The notes under the pieces are model-generated. The model worked only from the letters and a program-made list of their open reading frames with translations. It made no database searches and was not told the DNA's origin. From Bacillota bacterium (GTDB lineage: Bacteria; Bacillota; Clostridia; Christensenellales; Aristaeellaceae), in the NCBI GenBank assembly GCA_023444095.1, contig JAEZRP010000006.1, positions 1 to 64,000 on the forward strand: DNA of 64,000 nt, read 5' to 3'. The position numbers and the translations under genes are program-made. This document shows positions 40,201 through 48,810 of this stretch, one piece after another. The stretch's first letter is position 1. Each line of letters starts with the position of its first letter.

Positions 40201-42346
40201 CCTCGTCCCTGATTTCGACGTAGTACTCCTTGACGCTGCCCTCAACCGTCCAGGAGATGGTGATCATGGTGTCCTCGACGTAGAAGACGCCGGGCGTAGG
40301 CTGGGTCATGACGTTGGATACCGTGATGACCGGGGCCGTGATCACAGCGGGTTCGGGTTTTTTCGGCGCATCCGGCGAGAACAGCAGCTTCTGCGTCTCG
40401 ACCGTCGCGACGCCCGTCACGTCGAGGCCCGCGACCTTCTGGAACTCCTTCAGCGCGTTCTGGGTGTACTTTCCAAAGTATCCGGTCGTGTTTCCCTTGA
40501 AGTAGCCGAGCTGCTTCAGGCGCTCCTGGAGGTCGAGCACGCGATCGTTCTCGTCGCCCCGGCGCAGGGTGATGTAGCCGCTGTACTCGGGCGCGTTGTT
40601 GGCAAACAGCTTCTGCTGGAGAAGCGCGCTCGCGACGCCCGACTGCACGACGCCGATCTCCTTCTGGAAGAGCTTCACGGCGGCCTTCGTGGCCGAGTTG
40701 TAGGAGTAACCGGGCTTGCCCTCAAGATAATATAGCTCCTTGAGTCGCTTGTTGAGCTGGAGTACGCGCCAGCCGCTGTCGCCCTGATTCATCAGGAAGT
40801 AGGAGCTGCTGGACTTGGCCTTCGAACTGTACAGCGCGCGCAGCGTCTCGGAATCGGCGATGCCCGTCTCGTCGAGTCCGTTCTCCGACTGGAAGAGGCT
40901 CAAGCCGTCGCGGGTGTAGGGGCCGTAGATGCCGTCCGCCGGATCGGCCATGTAGCCGAGCGCGCGCAGCCGGGTCTGCATCTCCTGAACGCGCAGACCG
41001 CGCGCCCAATAGGAGATCTTGCGATAAGGATCAAACCGGGGCGGGTTTCCGTCGATCAGGAGCTCCTGAAATCCCCTGTCGGCGATGCCCGTGACGGTCA
41101 ATCCGTTGAAGTCCTGAAAGAGCTTTACGGCGTAGCGCGTCTTCGGGCCGTAAATGCCGTCGACGCGGTCATTGAGATACCCCAGTTCGGTGAGCGCCTG
41201 CTGAAGCGCCTTGACGGCATCGCCGCGGCTCCCGTAGCTGAGCGTCGCATACTTGGCGACGGGCGTCAGAATGTCCTTCGTGGTCTGCTCCGTGGTAAGC
41301 TTTGCGCTCGCGAGGAGGCTGAGGGCGCTTGCCTTTTCTACGGAAGCGTCGTCGTCATCGTCGGCGAAATCAAACACGAGGATGTCCTGCGGCTCCTCCT
41401 CCGCCCGCGCGTAGACGTTGAGCTGGCCGCTCACGGCGCTCAGGAAGACGTCCGTCATGTTGTAGCTGTCGGGAATGGTGATCTGCGCGAACGGGGAGAT
41501 GGCCCCGGTCGCGTCGTCGATCGCGTATACGAGGCCCGCGTCGTCCATGACGAGCGCGGTCGCATAGCTGGCGGTAACGCTCACGGGCTCCGCGTTCGGC
41601 AGCGCGATGTTCTGCCAGGAGAGCGTCTTGGGCGCGTACTGCATGAGCTGGCGCGCGCCGTCGACGTCGCGGATGTAGTAAAGATATCCGTTGATGCCCG
41701 AAAACTGATCGATGTCGGTCGCGATGAGCTGTTGGACGCGCTGAGCGGGATCGTCAAGGTAGAGCGCCCCGTCGCCCGTCAGGACGAGGTCTGCGCTTCC
41801 GAAGAGCGCGCGCTGTTCCCCGATCGCGCCGGAGAACGCCTCAACGGTCTGGAGCACGGGGTCGTAGACCATCGCGCCCGCCTCCGATTCAAAGCCGATC
41901 ACGAGGCCGTAGTTCGACGCCTGAAGGTATGAGACCGTCTCCTCGGAGGAATAGATCTCGCTCTTCGCGCCGGAGAACGCGATGAAATCGACGGCGGTGG
42001 GATCGGCCGCGGGGACATAGTAAACGCCGGCGCCGCCGAAACCGTTCGCCATCCTGACGCCCTCCACGAGCGTCGATTCCGCGTGGGTAACGATATTGAC
42101 GGCCTTGACATCATAGACGTCCTGTGCGGCCGTCTCGGAAAGAAACACGACGCGGCTCGCGTCGATCGAGACGAGGTCGTATGCGTCGGTCGCGTTGACG
42201 CGGCCCTCGTACCCGGTGAGCATAATGCCGCCGCTCGAGTCCAGATACGCCGATATGCGATCGTTCTGTACCGCGACGTCCGCATGCGCGACAAGCGATA
42301 CGCACATCAGCGCCGCAAACAGGGCGGCAATGAGATATTTCCTCAT
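37256..42346 (-). CDS. Giant secreted cell-surface protein (~1696 aa): signal peptide, N-terminal domain, 4x peptidoglycan-binding (PG_binding_1-like) domains, >=6 Ig-like repeats separated by (P-E/T-x-T) linkers, C-terminal PG-binding-like domain
   Basis: Signal peptide MRKYLIAALFAALMCVSLVAHA. Four GxxGxxVxxLQxxLxxLGY...DGIYGPxT..AVK.FQ repeats. Repeated ~100-aa modules (ITVEGATLEGDVYMIGAEPAHISWTSTGGEATYDVYLLDG...) are flanked by PEPTAEPT... linkers. The start is at MRKYL with an aaggagga RBS. Confidence 0.8.
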   Translation of the reverse strand: MRKYLIAALFAALMCVSLVAHADVAVQNDRISAYLDSSGGIMLTGYEGRVNATDAYDLVSIDASRVVFLSETAAQDVYDVKAVNIVTHAESTLVEGVRMANGFGGAGVYYVPAADPTAVDFIAFSGAKSEIYSSEETVSYLQASNYGLVIGFESEAGAMVYDPVLQTVEAFSGAIGEQRALFGSADLVLTGDGALYLDDPAQRVQQLIATDIDQFSGINGYLYYIRDVDGARQLMQYAPKTLSWQNIALPNAEPVSVTASYATALVMDDAGLVYAIDDATGAISPFAQITIPDSYNMTDVFLSAVSGQLNVYARAEEEPQDILVFDFADDDDDASVEKASALSLLASAKLTTEQTTKDILTPVAKYATLSYGSRGDAVKALQQALTELGYLNDRVDGIYGPKTRYAVKLFQDFNGLTVTGIADRGFQELLIDGNPPRFDPYRKISYWARGLRVQEMQTRLRALGYMADPADGIYGPYTRDGLSLFQSENGLDETGIADSETLRALYSSKAKSSSSYFLMNQGDSGWRVLQLNKRLKELYYLEGKPGYSYNSATKAAVKLFQKEIGVVQSGVASALLQQKLFANNAPEYSGYITLRRGDENDRVLDLQERLKQLGYFKGNTTGYFGKYTQNALKEFQKVAGLDVTGVATVETQKLLFSPDAPKKPEPAVITAPVITVSNVMTQPTPGVFYVEDTMITISWTVEGSVKEYYVEIRDEDGYNLQAGKLNATNMQLDVTALDAESRYNIAVFAVPVNGTMDDAKYTEIAIMTPARVEPTPTPSPTPEPPIVLPTIEPTPTPSVTPGPTIIVPIINISGDVIINGNIYIIGGSGATINWEAVAGMLYNAYVIDGGGNVLMSYEDIPTGSLQILPDELTEDETYYLQILAYPEDGNESEGKTASVALMATEEEPDPTEPPTEGEEAEDVTLSVTVENANRIDDVWYIGETPATIGWMTTGEVTGYSLYLMDADGNILNQSDNYAETVFSMSAADLEAGKVYGFMIEAHAPAGNVDQVIYVAAVQPEATPEPTPEPTTEPTAEPTNEPTSVKITVENAAMDGDVYYIGVEPATFSWTSTGGEATYSVYLLDGEGNVLKQAENTSYTTMQLDASDLEQNNSYGLKVVAHTASGDAEETISIAPVALATPEPTAEVTAEITAEPTAEPTEEPTQEPVEPATIVITVEGATLEGDVYMIGAEPAHISWTSTGGEATYDVYLLDGNGDVVKSVEGTDKTAMNLASNALGTEAVYGVKIVAHTTFGDAEETVKVAAIQQATEEPTAEPTNEPTQEPTAEPTVEPTEEPTVEPTVEPTQEPAQPATIVITVEGATLEGDVYMIGAEPALISWTSTGGEATYDVYLLDGNGDVVKSVEGTDKTAMNLASDALGAEAVYGLKIVAHTLSGDAETIVKVAAIQQATAEPTAEPTNEPTQEPTAEPTAEPTVEPTTEPTAEPTAEPVYTVGVPEIEVSGYADFDGSAYLVGGDNITISWSSSGDVASYNIYFLNGNQEKINELTGTTETSISIKNANFAEGETYYVVVYAVPINGTEADGEMSYVTLVRPEAEPTPEPTAEPTAEPTAEPTAEPTAEPTAEPMPTELVWDQPLDAKSDAEHVAAFQQKLVLWGWLSLDPNVEGSAVEGTFDEATMIAALNLQTYINGLYVEDAAFVPLEMIDLIAEKPYVGLDTLQLIMTDDETIDFTNPVMP
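38010..38855. repeat. Two near-identical ~423-bp tandem direct repeats inside the giant gene, encoding duplicate Ig-like module plus PT-linker units; more diverged copies extend roughly 37600-39700
   Basis: The DNA at ~38283-38420 and ~38706-38843 is almost identical. The spurious plus-strand ORFs 38322..38504 and 38745..39008 share the N-terminus MDVQEM.AGSAPIIYTSPSSVAPSTVITIVAG. Confidence 0.75.
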
Positions 42347-42520
42347 AACCGGTTCCTCCTTCATGGGTTATCTGCGTTTTAGACGCACCTCGAGCCACTT
42401 AGTTCCAAATCGGGCGAAAAATGGACTCGGTGTGTGATCGAATGATGAAACGATTTAATCCTGCGTTCGATTCCAATATGCGGAAAAATGTGCTATCATA
42501 CGTACATCGAACAGGTGTTC

Positions 42521-43255
42521 TTACAGGGTGCCTTGCTTGGTTTCCGATGGGAAGCCATCCCCCGTCCAGCCGTCGAGCCAGCGCGCGAGGAGCGGATTGT
42601 CGCTCCCCTGCGCGCGCCACGCGGGTTCCGGAATGAAGCCGAGGCCGCGCACGCTCACCGCACGCCTGCCAACCATGATCATGTGGTCAAGAAGCGGCGC
42701 GTTGAGCGGGTATAGGGCGTCCATGAGCGCGGCGGTGCAGTCGACGTCGGCCTTCGAGGGACGCGGCGTGGCGTTCGGATGGTTGTGGGAGATGATAATG
42801 GCGGCGGCGTTCGTGCGCACGGCCTCGGAGAGAACGTGCTTCAGGTAAAATGGCGCGCTTTCCTCGGAGCCCGACTGCAATTCCACGCATTCGATGAGCC
42901 TGCCGGACTGGTCGAGGGCGAGCATGAAGAAGCGCTCGATGCTGAGTCCCACGTAGCGCATGGCCATGTACCTCTCCGCTTCGACGAGCGTTCCGATCGA
43001 AGGATGCGGCCCGAACCGCTGGCGCTCCGTGTGGCGGACAATGTCCGGAATCATGCCAATCAGGAGCGCGCCCCGCTCCGAGAGACCGCACGCAGCGAGG
43101 CGGTGCTTCCCCGCCTCGATCGCCCCTCCGGGCGAACCGAAGCGCCTGAGGATGTGTTCTGTGAGAAGGTCCGCGTCCGCGCCCGGCTCGAGGAAGGAGA
43201 CGACGTCTTTGAGTGCCCTCGACGCGCGCGCGATCCGTTCCCGCGCCCCGCTCAT
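42521..43255 (-). CDS. radC: RadC-family JAB/MPN-domain protein
   Basis: JAMM motif ...IISHNHPNATPRPSKAD... and a HhH-like N-domain. The start overlaps the upstream small ORF stop (ATGA). Confidence 0.7.
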   Translation of the reverse strand: MSGARERIARASRALKDVVSFLEPGADADLLTEHILRRFGSPGGAIEAGKHRLAACGLSERGALLIGMIPDIVRHTERQRFGPHPSIGTLVEAERYMAMRYVGLSIERFFMLALDQSGRLIECVELQSGSEESAPFYLKHVLSEAVRTNAAAIIISHNHPNATPRPSKADVDCTAALMDALYPLNAPLLDHMIMVGRRAVSVRGLGFIPEPAWRAQGSDNPLLARWLDGWTGDGFPSETKQGTL

Positions 43256-43536
43256 TCGCCGAGCGCTCCCGCCGCGCGCAGAATCTCCGTCACCCGTTCC
43301 GCGGACTCCACGGGCCCCGAGAGGTAGTAGCCGTCCGACTCCGCGTCGTAGGCAAGATACTCCGCGCCGTCCGCAAACACGCTTTCCTTTTTGAACACGA
43401 GATCCAGTGAGACGGGCGTCTCGACGTCGTACAGGTCGGCCACCCACTCCCCCTCCGCCAGCTTCTCGCAGTCGGACGACCCCGCGAGAAAGTTGAGCAG
43501 GGACGTTCTTTCCTCCGCAGTCAGTTTCAGCTTCAC
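43252..43536 (-). CDS. Small acidic hypothetical protein (94 aa), translationally coupled to radC
   Basis: It is in a different frame from the long overlapping artefactual ORF and is followed by the radC start with a 4-nt overlap. Confidence 0.45.
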   Translation of the reverse strand: MKLKLTAEERTSLLNFLAGSSDCEKLAEGEWVADLYDVETPVSLDLVFKKESVFADGAEYLAYDAESDGYYLSGPVESAERVTEILRAAGALGE

Positions 43537-43554
43537 CCAGCGACCACCCCATTC

Positions 43555-44025
43555 ATGAGATTTATGAGAATTGAGATTCGAAAAAAAGCAAGGACGATCA
43601 GATGCCTCGCGCAGGGGCGCACCCTGTTCACCGCGCCCGTCCAGCTCGGCTTCGGCGCCGAAGAAGGCGAAAAGCGGGCGGAGGGCGACGGGCGGACGCC
43701 CGAGGGAGAATACCTCGTGTCGTCGAAGAACCCGCAGTCAAAATTTTACCTCGCGCTGGGCCTCTCCTACCCGAACGCGGACGACGCGCTGCGCGGTCTG
43801 CGCGCGGACGCCATCTCCCTCGCCGCGTTCGATCGCATCGTCGCTTCGCCCGGACGCCCCCCGTGGGATACGCCGCTCGGCGGCTTCGTCATGATCCACG
43901 GCCAGCCCGGTGCCGGCGCGCGCGACGGCGACTGGACGGCGGGCTGCGTCGCGCTCCCCGACGCGCACATGGAGATGCTCTACGCCCTCGCCCGCATCGG
44001 TGACGAGGTGGTCATCCTGCCGTGA
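43555..44025 (+). CDS. L,D-transpeptidase catalytic-domain protein (YkuD/ErfK family) lacking a signal peptide
   Basis: ...FVMIHGQPGAGARDGDWTAGCVALPD... is the H/G...(S/T)xGC catalytic motif. I saw no N-terminal hydrophobic segment. Confidence 0.65.
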   Translation: MRFMRIEIRKKARTIRCLAQGRTLFTAPVQLGFGAEEGEKRAEGDGRTPEGEYLVSSKNPQSKFYLALGLSYPNADDALRGLRADAISLAAFDRIVASPGRPPWDTPLGGFVMIHGQPGAGARDGDWTAGCVALPDAHMEMLYALARIGDEVVILP

Positions 44026-44371
44026 AAAACAGTAGGAACGGCGAGCGCGCTGTCTTCGCACTCCCCCCAAAGGGACAATATCCCTTTGGCAACCCAAGCT
44101 GGAGAAAAGTCCGTCGGATCGCTCGGGGCCTGAGGCACGATAACCGAACGCGTTCGGTCATCGTGGCCGCGAAGCGGCTCGATTCGTTTCGGGCAAATCA
44201 ACCCTGCCCCGAGTTTGCGATGGGTGCCGCAGCCGGTATCCTTCCATAGCCTTGTCTGGTTTTTCCTCAAAATAACCCATCCCATCCCTCGGTCGCGTGT
44301 GGCTGGCCCACGCGACCGAGGTGCAGTTCATCATGATCCATCCGACCGGGATTCTTCAGGCACGGTGTCCC

Positions 44372-45121
44372 TTAAGCGGAGGTCGGGGGCAGCGCCCCCC
44401 GGATCGTCTCCTCCAACTCTCCCAGCTCCGTCACGCACATGTGCGCGACCTCGGGCGTGGCGTTGGCGCGCGCGTCGCGGTAGGAGCATTTGAGGCCCGA
44501 ACGGTACCAGACGGGGAAAATGCCGACGGAGGCCGCGCCCAGGACATCCGCGTGCGCGTTGTCGCCGACGTACCACACGTCCTCCGCGGCCACGCCGGTC
44601 TTTGCGATGGCGAGGTTGAAGATTGCGGGCGCGGGCTTTCGGATGCCGTATTCGCTGGTCGCGATCACAAAGCGGAAGTCATTCGCGGGAAAAAGCCTGT
44701 CCAGCCTGCGCCGGAGCGAACAGCCCGAGAAGCTCAGATTGCTGACGACTCCCGTCGGAATATTCTCGGTTTTGAGAAAGGCGAGGAACTCCGGCATGCC
44801 CGGTGCCTGCGTGCCCGGATGGGCCGCGTCCCAGAACACGTCGTCGAGCACCTCATAGGGAAGGTCGAACCGGACGCCGAGCGTCTCGAAAATCAACCGT
44901 TCGACGTTCGGGCGGTAGAGCTCGACGCAGTGCTCGCGCGCGCAGTGGAGGATCTCGCGATAGAATGTGTCGGAGATGGCGAGCACGTCCGCGGGCGTCG
45001 TGCCGCGCGGATTCTCCACCGCCAGGCGCAAGACCGCGTCGTATCCTGCCTCCAGTCCCCCGTCCTCCTCGTGAACCAGCGTCTCGCCGTAATCAAACAA
45101 CACCCATTTTGGTCTTCGCAT
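44372..45121 (-). CDS. HAD-superfamily hydrolase
   Basis: Motif I VLFDYGETL and motif IV WYVGDNAHAD are present. Confidence 0.75.
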   Translation of the reverse strand: MRRPKWVLFDYGETLVHEEDGGLEAGYDAVLRLAVENPRGTTPADVLAISDTFYREILHCAREHCVELYRPNVERLIFETLGVRFDLPYEVLDDVFWDAAHPGTQAPGMPEFLAFLKTENIPTGVVSNLSFSGCSLRRRLDRLFPANDFRFVIATSEYGIRKPAPAIFNLAIAKTGVAAEDVWYVGDNAHADVLGAASVGIFPVWYRSGLKCSYRDARANATPEVAHMCVTELGELEETIRGALPPTSA

Positions 45122-45135
45122 CTCGTCTCTCCGTT

Positions 45136-45909
45136 CTATGGATTCGAACCGAACCGCACGTTGAAAAGACGCGTGTCGGGAATGAATCCCGCGCTCGTCA
45201 GCGTCCTGATGCTGTTCAGATTGTAGTACCAGCAGCCCGCCGTCGGTTTCGCGCCAGACGCGATGGCGGCGTAAGCGAGGTTGATGAGGACGCTTCGGCC
45301 GACGCCCTTTTGCCGATGCGCCGGGAGGGTGTAGTTCCCGATGTCCGCGCAGCCTTTGTCGAGCATGCGCGGGTAGACGGCGCCGTAGCCAAGCGCCTCG
45401 CCGCCCGATTCAACCCTGTAAAACGCGGCGTCCGCCGGAATCTCCCCCTCCCACTGGCCTTCCGTCAGCGCGTGCATCTGCGCGTAATCCGCCTCCGGAA
45501 CGCGGACGAAGCACTCCTTTGAAAACTCCGGCGGGCGCTTCGGCACGCCGAAGGTCAGGTTATACGCCTGCATGTCAAAGGAACCGCCCGTTCCCAGCAT
45601 CCGCTCGAACGCGAGGCACAGGAAGAGCTCGTCGTTCGACGCGACCATTGCGCGCGCGACCGCGTGGGCCGCGCAGACCTCCCCGAAAAGCGCCTGCGCG
45701 CGGGCGCGATCCCGCTTCGGCAGCCAGAACGCGCGCAGCATCGGCGCGCCGTCCCACTCACCCACTGCGAAAAATCCGCCCTTCACCCAATACGGGCGCG
45801 CGGCGTAGATGCCGTCGTCCCAGAAACCGTCGTTTCTGTGGCCCGTTTCTTCCAAAAATGCCGCAACCTCGAAGGAAAGCTCGTCCCATGTCGCCGGAAT
45901 GCCAGTCAT
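45136..45909 (-). CDS. GNAT-family N-acetyltransferase (C-terminal GNAT domain)
   Basis: ...HRQKGVGRSVL... is an acetyl-CoA-binding Q/RxxGxG/A motif. Confidence 0.55.
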   Translation of the reverse strand: MTGIPATWDELSFEVAAFLEETGHRNDGFWDDGIYAARPYWVKGGFFAVGEWDGAPMLRAFWLPKRDRARAQALFGEVCAAHAVARAMVASNDELFLCLAFERMLGTGGSFDMQAYNLTFGVPKRPPEFSKECFVRVPEADYAQMHALTEGQWEGEIPADAAFYRVESGGEALGYGAVYPRMLDKGCADIGNYTLPAHRQKGVGRSVLINLAYAAIASGAKPTAGCWYYNLNSIRTLTSAGFIPDTRLFNVRFGSNP

Positions 45910-45927
45910 GTGCGTATCCTCGTTTCG

Positions 45928-47481
45928 TCAGAATAGCGGCGCGAACAGCCTGAGAAGCGGCAGCGCAAGCCGCAGCGGGATCGGACGTTTGCGCGTGTGC
46001 TCGAGCGTCACCTCGCGCGAAAGGGCCATCGCGTTCGTGATGTCCGCCTTGATCTCCGGGATCGCGGGCGTGTCGCACATCCAGACCGCGCACTCGTAAT
46101 GGTGACAGAGGCTGCGGTAGTCGAGGTTGATCGTGCCCACGATGGCGCATCGGTCGTCCGATACGAATACCTTCGCATGCATGAAGCCCGGTGTGTATTC
46201 GTAGATGCGCACGCCGCCGCGCAAAAGCGCGTCGTAGTAGGAGCGCGTGAGCGCGAAGGCAAGCTTCTTGTCCGGCACGCCCGGGGTGATGATCCGGACG
46301 TCCACGCCGCTCTTGGCGGCGACGGTCAGCGCGGTCATCATCTCAGAATCGATAATGAGGTAGGGGGTCGTGATGTAGACGTAGTTCTTTGCTCGGGTGA
46401 GCATGTTGATGTACGCCGTTTCCCCCACGAGCTCGGTGTCGTAGGGACTGTCGTTGAAGGGCTGGACGTAGCCGGACGCGCGTACCTCGACGGAGGGCAG
46501 ATACAGCGTAAACCGGTCGTTCTCACGCTTCTCAAAGTCCCAGAGCGTCAAAAACATCGCCGTCAGGCTCCACACCGCCTCGCCGCGCAGCATGACGTTC
46601 GCGTCCTTCCAGTGGCCGAAGCGCGTGTGCGCGTTGATGTACTCGTCCGCGAGGTTGCAGCCGCCCGTGAAACCCACGTCGCCGTCGACCACGCAGATCT
46701 TCCTGTGGTCGCGGTTGTTGAAGCGCGAGGATAGGATGCTCTTGACGGGATTGAACATCAGCGTGCGGATGCCCTTCGCCTCCAGCACGCGGACGAAATC
46801 GGCGGGCACGCGCCCAAAGGAGCCGACCTCGTCGTAGATCAAGCGCACGTCGACCCCATCCCGCGCCTTTTTCGCGAGCACATCCTCGACCGCGTTCCAC
46901 ATGATGCCGGGATGGATGATGAAATACTCGATGAAGATAAATTCCTTCGCCCTTTCGAGCGCGGGAATCATCGCCTCGAACATCCGCTCGCCGAGCGGGT
47001 AGTAGGTGACCTCGGTGTTCGTGAAGACCGGCGCGCCCGCGTTGTTGCGGATATACTGCGCCTGCATCGCCAGATCCTCCGAATCCCTCATGAGCTCGCA
47101 CATCCTGTCCCTTTCGCGGAACATGGCGCGGTTGTACTTTTCCTGGATTTCGGCTGCGCGCCTCTTCTCCGCGCGGGTAAAGCGCACGCGGCCGAACATC
47201 ACGTAGGAGAGCCCGCCCAGAATTGGAAGGGCGAGGCTCAGGATGATCCAGGGGATCTTGTAGGAGGGGTTCGAATCTTCGCGCACGATGTAGAGAACGA
47301 CGATCAGCGATATTAGCTCGAGAACCGCGTAAAAGTGCGCGAAATAGCGCTTGAACAGCAGAAAAGAGGCGACCATGAACGCCGCCTGCAAAAGTAGGAA
47401 AAGGCTCAGCGCGATGTAATGCACCGCGCTTGAGATATTCTGCTTTCCCCGATCGGTCATCTTGCCGCCTTTTTCCATCAT
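45928..47481 (-). CDS. cls: Cardiolipin synthase (PLD superfamily, two HKD motifs)
   Basis: N-terminal TMs, HRKICVVDG and HAKVFVSDD HKD motifs. The start is ambiguous (MMEKGG or MTDRGK). Confidence 0.85.
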   Translation of the reverse strand: MMEKGGKMTDRGKQNISSAVHYIALSLFLLLQAAFMVASFLLFKRYFAHFYAVLELISLIVVLYIVREDSNPSYKIPWIILSLALPILGGLSYVMFGRVRFTRAEKRRAAEIQEKYNRAMFRERDRMCELMRDSEDLAMQAQYIRNNAGAPVFTNTEVTYYPLGERMFEAMIPALERAKEFIFIEYFIIHPGIMWNAVEDVLAKKARDGVDVRLIYDEVGSFGRVPADFVRVLEAKGIRTLMFNPVKSILSSRFNNRDHRKICVVDGDVGFTGGCNLADEYINAHTRFGHWKDANVMLRGEAVWSLTAMFLTLWDFEKRENDRFTLYLPSVEVRASGYVQPFNDSPYDTELVGETAYINMLTRAKNYVYITTPYLIIDSEMMTALTVAAKSGVDVRIITPGVPDKKLAFALTRSYYDALLRGGVRIYEYTPGFMHAKVFVSDDRCAIVGTINLDYRSLCHHYECAVWMCDTPAIPEIKADITNAMALSREVTLEHTRKRPIPLRLALPLLRLFAPLF

Positions 47482-47504
47482 TCCGCCCGTCGCGCCGGTG
47501 GCGC

Positions 47505-47972
47505 CTACCAGTTCTTGCACACGTCGATCCACGCGAGGGAGCGCGCGCTCGCTTCCAGTTCCCCGATCGAGAGATCTACCGCGCTCTTCGCGCTTCCGCA
47601 TGCGGGGTAGACCCTTTCAAATCGCCTGAGAGATTCGTCGAGATAGACCTCGACGCCGGTTTTCACGCCGAAGGGACAGACGCCGCCGACCGCGTGGCCG
47701 ATTTTTTCTGCCACCTCGTCGGGCGAAAGCATGCGCGCCTTGGTGTGGAACCGCGCTTTGAACTTAGGATTGTCGATCTTCGCGTCGCCCGCCGCCACGA
47801 TCAGCGTGGGAACGCCCCCCACGTCGAAGGAGAGCGTCTTCGCGATCATCGCCGGGGCGCAACCCACCGCCTGCGCCGCGAGCTCCACCGTCGCGGACGA
47901 GACGTCGAACTCCATGACCCTTCCGGATAGGCCGTATTTCTCAAGGTGCTTTTTCGCCGCTTCAACGGACAT
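47505..47972 (-). CDS. ybaK: YbaK/ProX-family aminoacyl-tRNA deacylase
   Basis: ...KTLSFDVGG...IVAAGDAKID...GGVCPFG... The start is at MSVEAAK with a ggagga RBS. Confidence 0.7.
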   Translation of the reverse strand: MSVEAAKKHLEKYGLSGRVMEFDVSSATVELAAQAVGCAPAMIAKTLSFDVGGVPTLIVAAGDAKIDNPKFKARFHTKARMLSPDEVAEKIGHAVGGVCPFGVKTGVEVYLDESLRRFERVYPACGSAKSAVDLSIGELEASARSLAWIDVCKNW

Positions 47973-48060
47973 GCCCGTTTCCTCCGTAACGATTTTCCAC
48001 GCGACACACATGCGCCGCATCCATGTCCAATTCTATCACATTTTGGGGAACATGTCAAAA

Positions 48061-48753
48061 TCATCCGCCGGACATCGCCTCCCGAAGCTTCTCGAGCGCG
48101 CGCTTCTCGATGCGCGAGACGTAGCTTCTCGAAATGCCCAGAAGTCGCGCGACCTCGTGCTGCGGGAGCGGTTCGCCGTCGAGAAGTCCGTAGCGCAGCA
48201 CGATCACCTGCCGCTCCCGCTCCTCGAGGGCGTCCTCCAGCATCTCCACCGCGCGGGTCGATTCGATGGCGACCTCGACCTGCGCGGGCACGATGTCCGC
48301 GTCGGTGCCGATGAGGTCGATGAGTCTGATCTCGTTCCCGTCGCTGTCCGCGCCGATGGGATCGTTGAGCGAGACCGTGCCGCGCGTCTTGCGGCCCGCG
48401 CGCAGATGCATCAAAATCTCGTTTTCGATGCAGCGCGATGCGTACGCGGTGAGCCTTCCTGCCTCCGGGCGGAATGTGTTCACCGCCTTGATGAGCCCGA
48501 TCGCGCCAATGGAGACGAGATCGTCGCTGTCGACGCCGCTCGAGGCGTACTTCTTCGCGATGTGCGCAACGAGGCGCAGGTTGTGCACGATCAGCTTGTC
48601 GCGCGCGCCGCAATCCCCCTGCGCCTGCCGCCGAACGAGCTCGGCTTCTTCCTGCGCGGTCAGGGGCTTGGGGAACGAGGACTTTCCCGAGAGGTGCATG
48701 GCGATGAGCCATGCGTCCTCCGCGAGAGAGAGGAGCCAGCCTAAAAAAAGCAT
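48061..48753 (-). CDS. sigK: Sporulation sigma factor SigK (pro-sigma-K, uninterrupted)
   Basis: A pro-sequence ...SSFPKPLT... then ...LIVHNLRLVAHIAKKYASSG...[14 protein letters not shown]...ISRSYVSRIEKRALEKLR; it is a single contiguous ORF. Confidence 0.85.
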   Translation of the reverse strand: MLFLGWLLSLAEDAWLIAMHLSGKSSFPKPLTAQEEAELVRRQAQGDCGARDKLIVHNLRLVAHIAKKYASSGVDSDDLVSIGAIGLIKAVNTFRPEAGRLTAYASRCIENEILMHLRAGRKTRGTVSLNDPIGADSDGNEIRLIDLIGTDADIVPAQVEVAIESTRAVEMLEDALEERERQVIVLRYGLLDGEPLPQHEVARLLGISRSYVSRIEKRALEKLREAMSGG

Positions 48754-48810
48754 AGGGCGAACCCCCTTTGGGGAAGTCTGCCCTATACCGTATTCGACAA
48801 AAGTTGTCCG

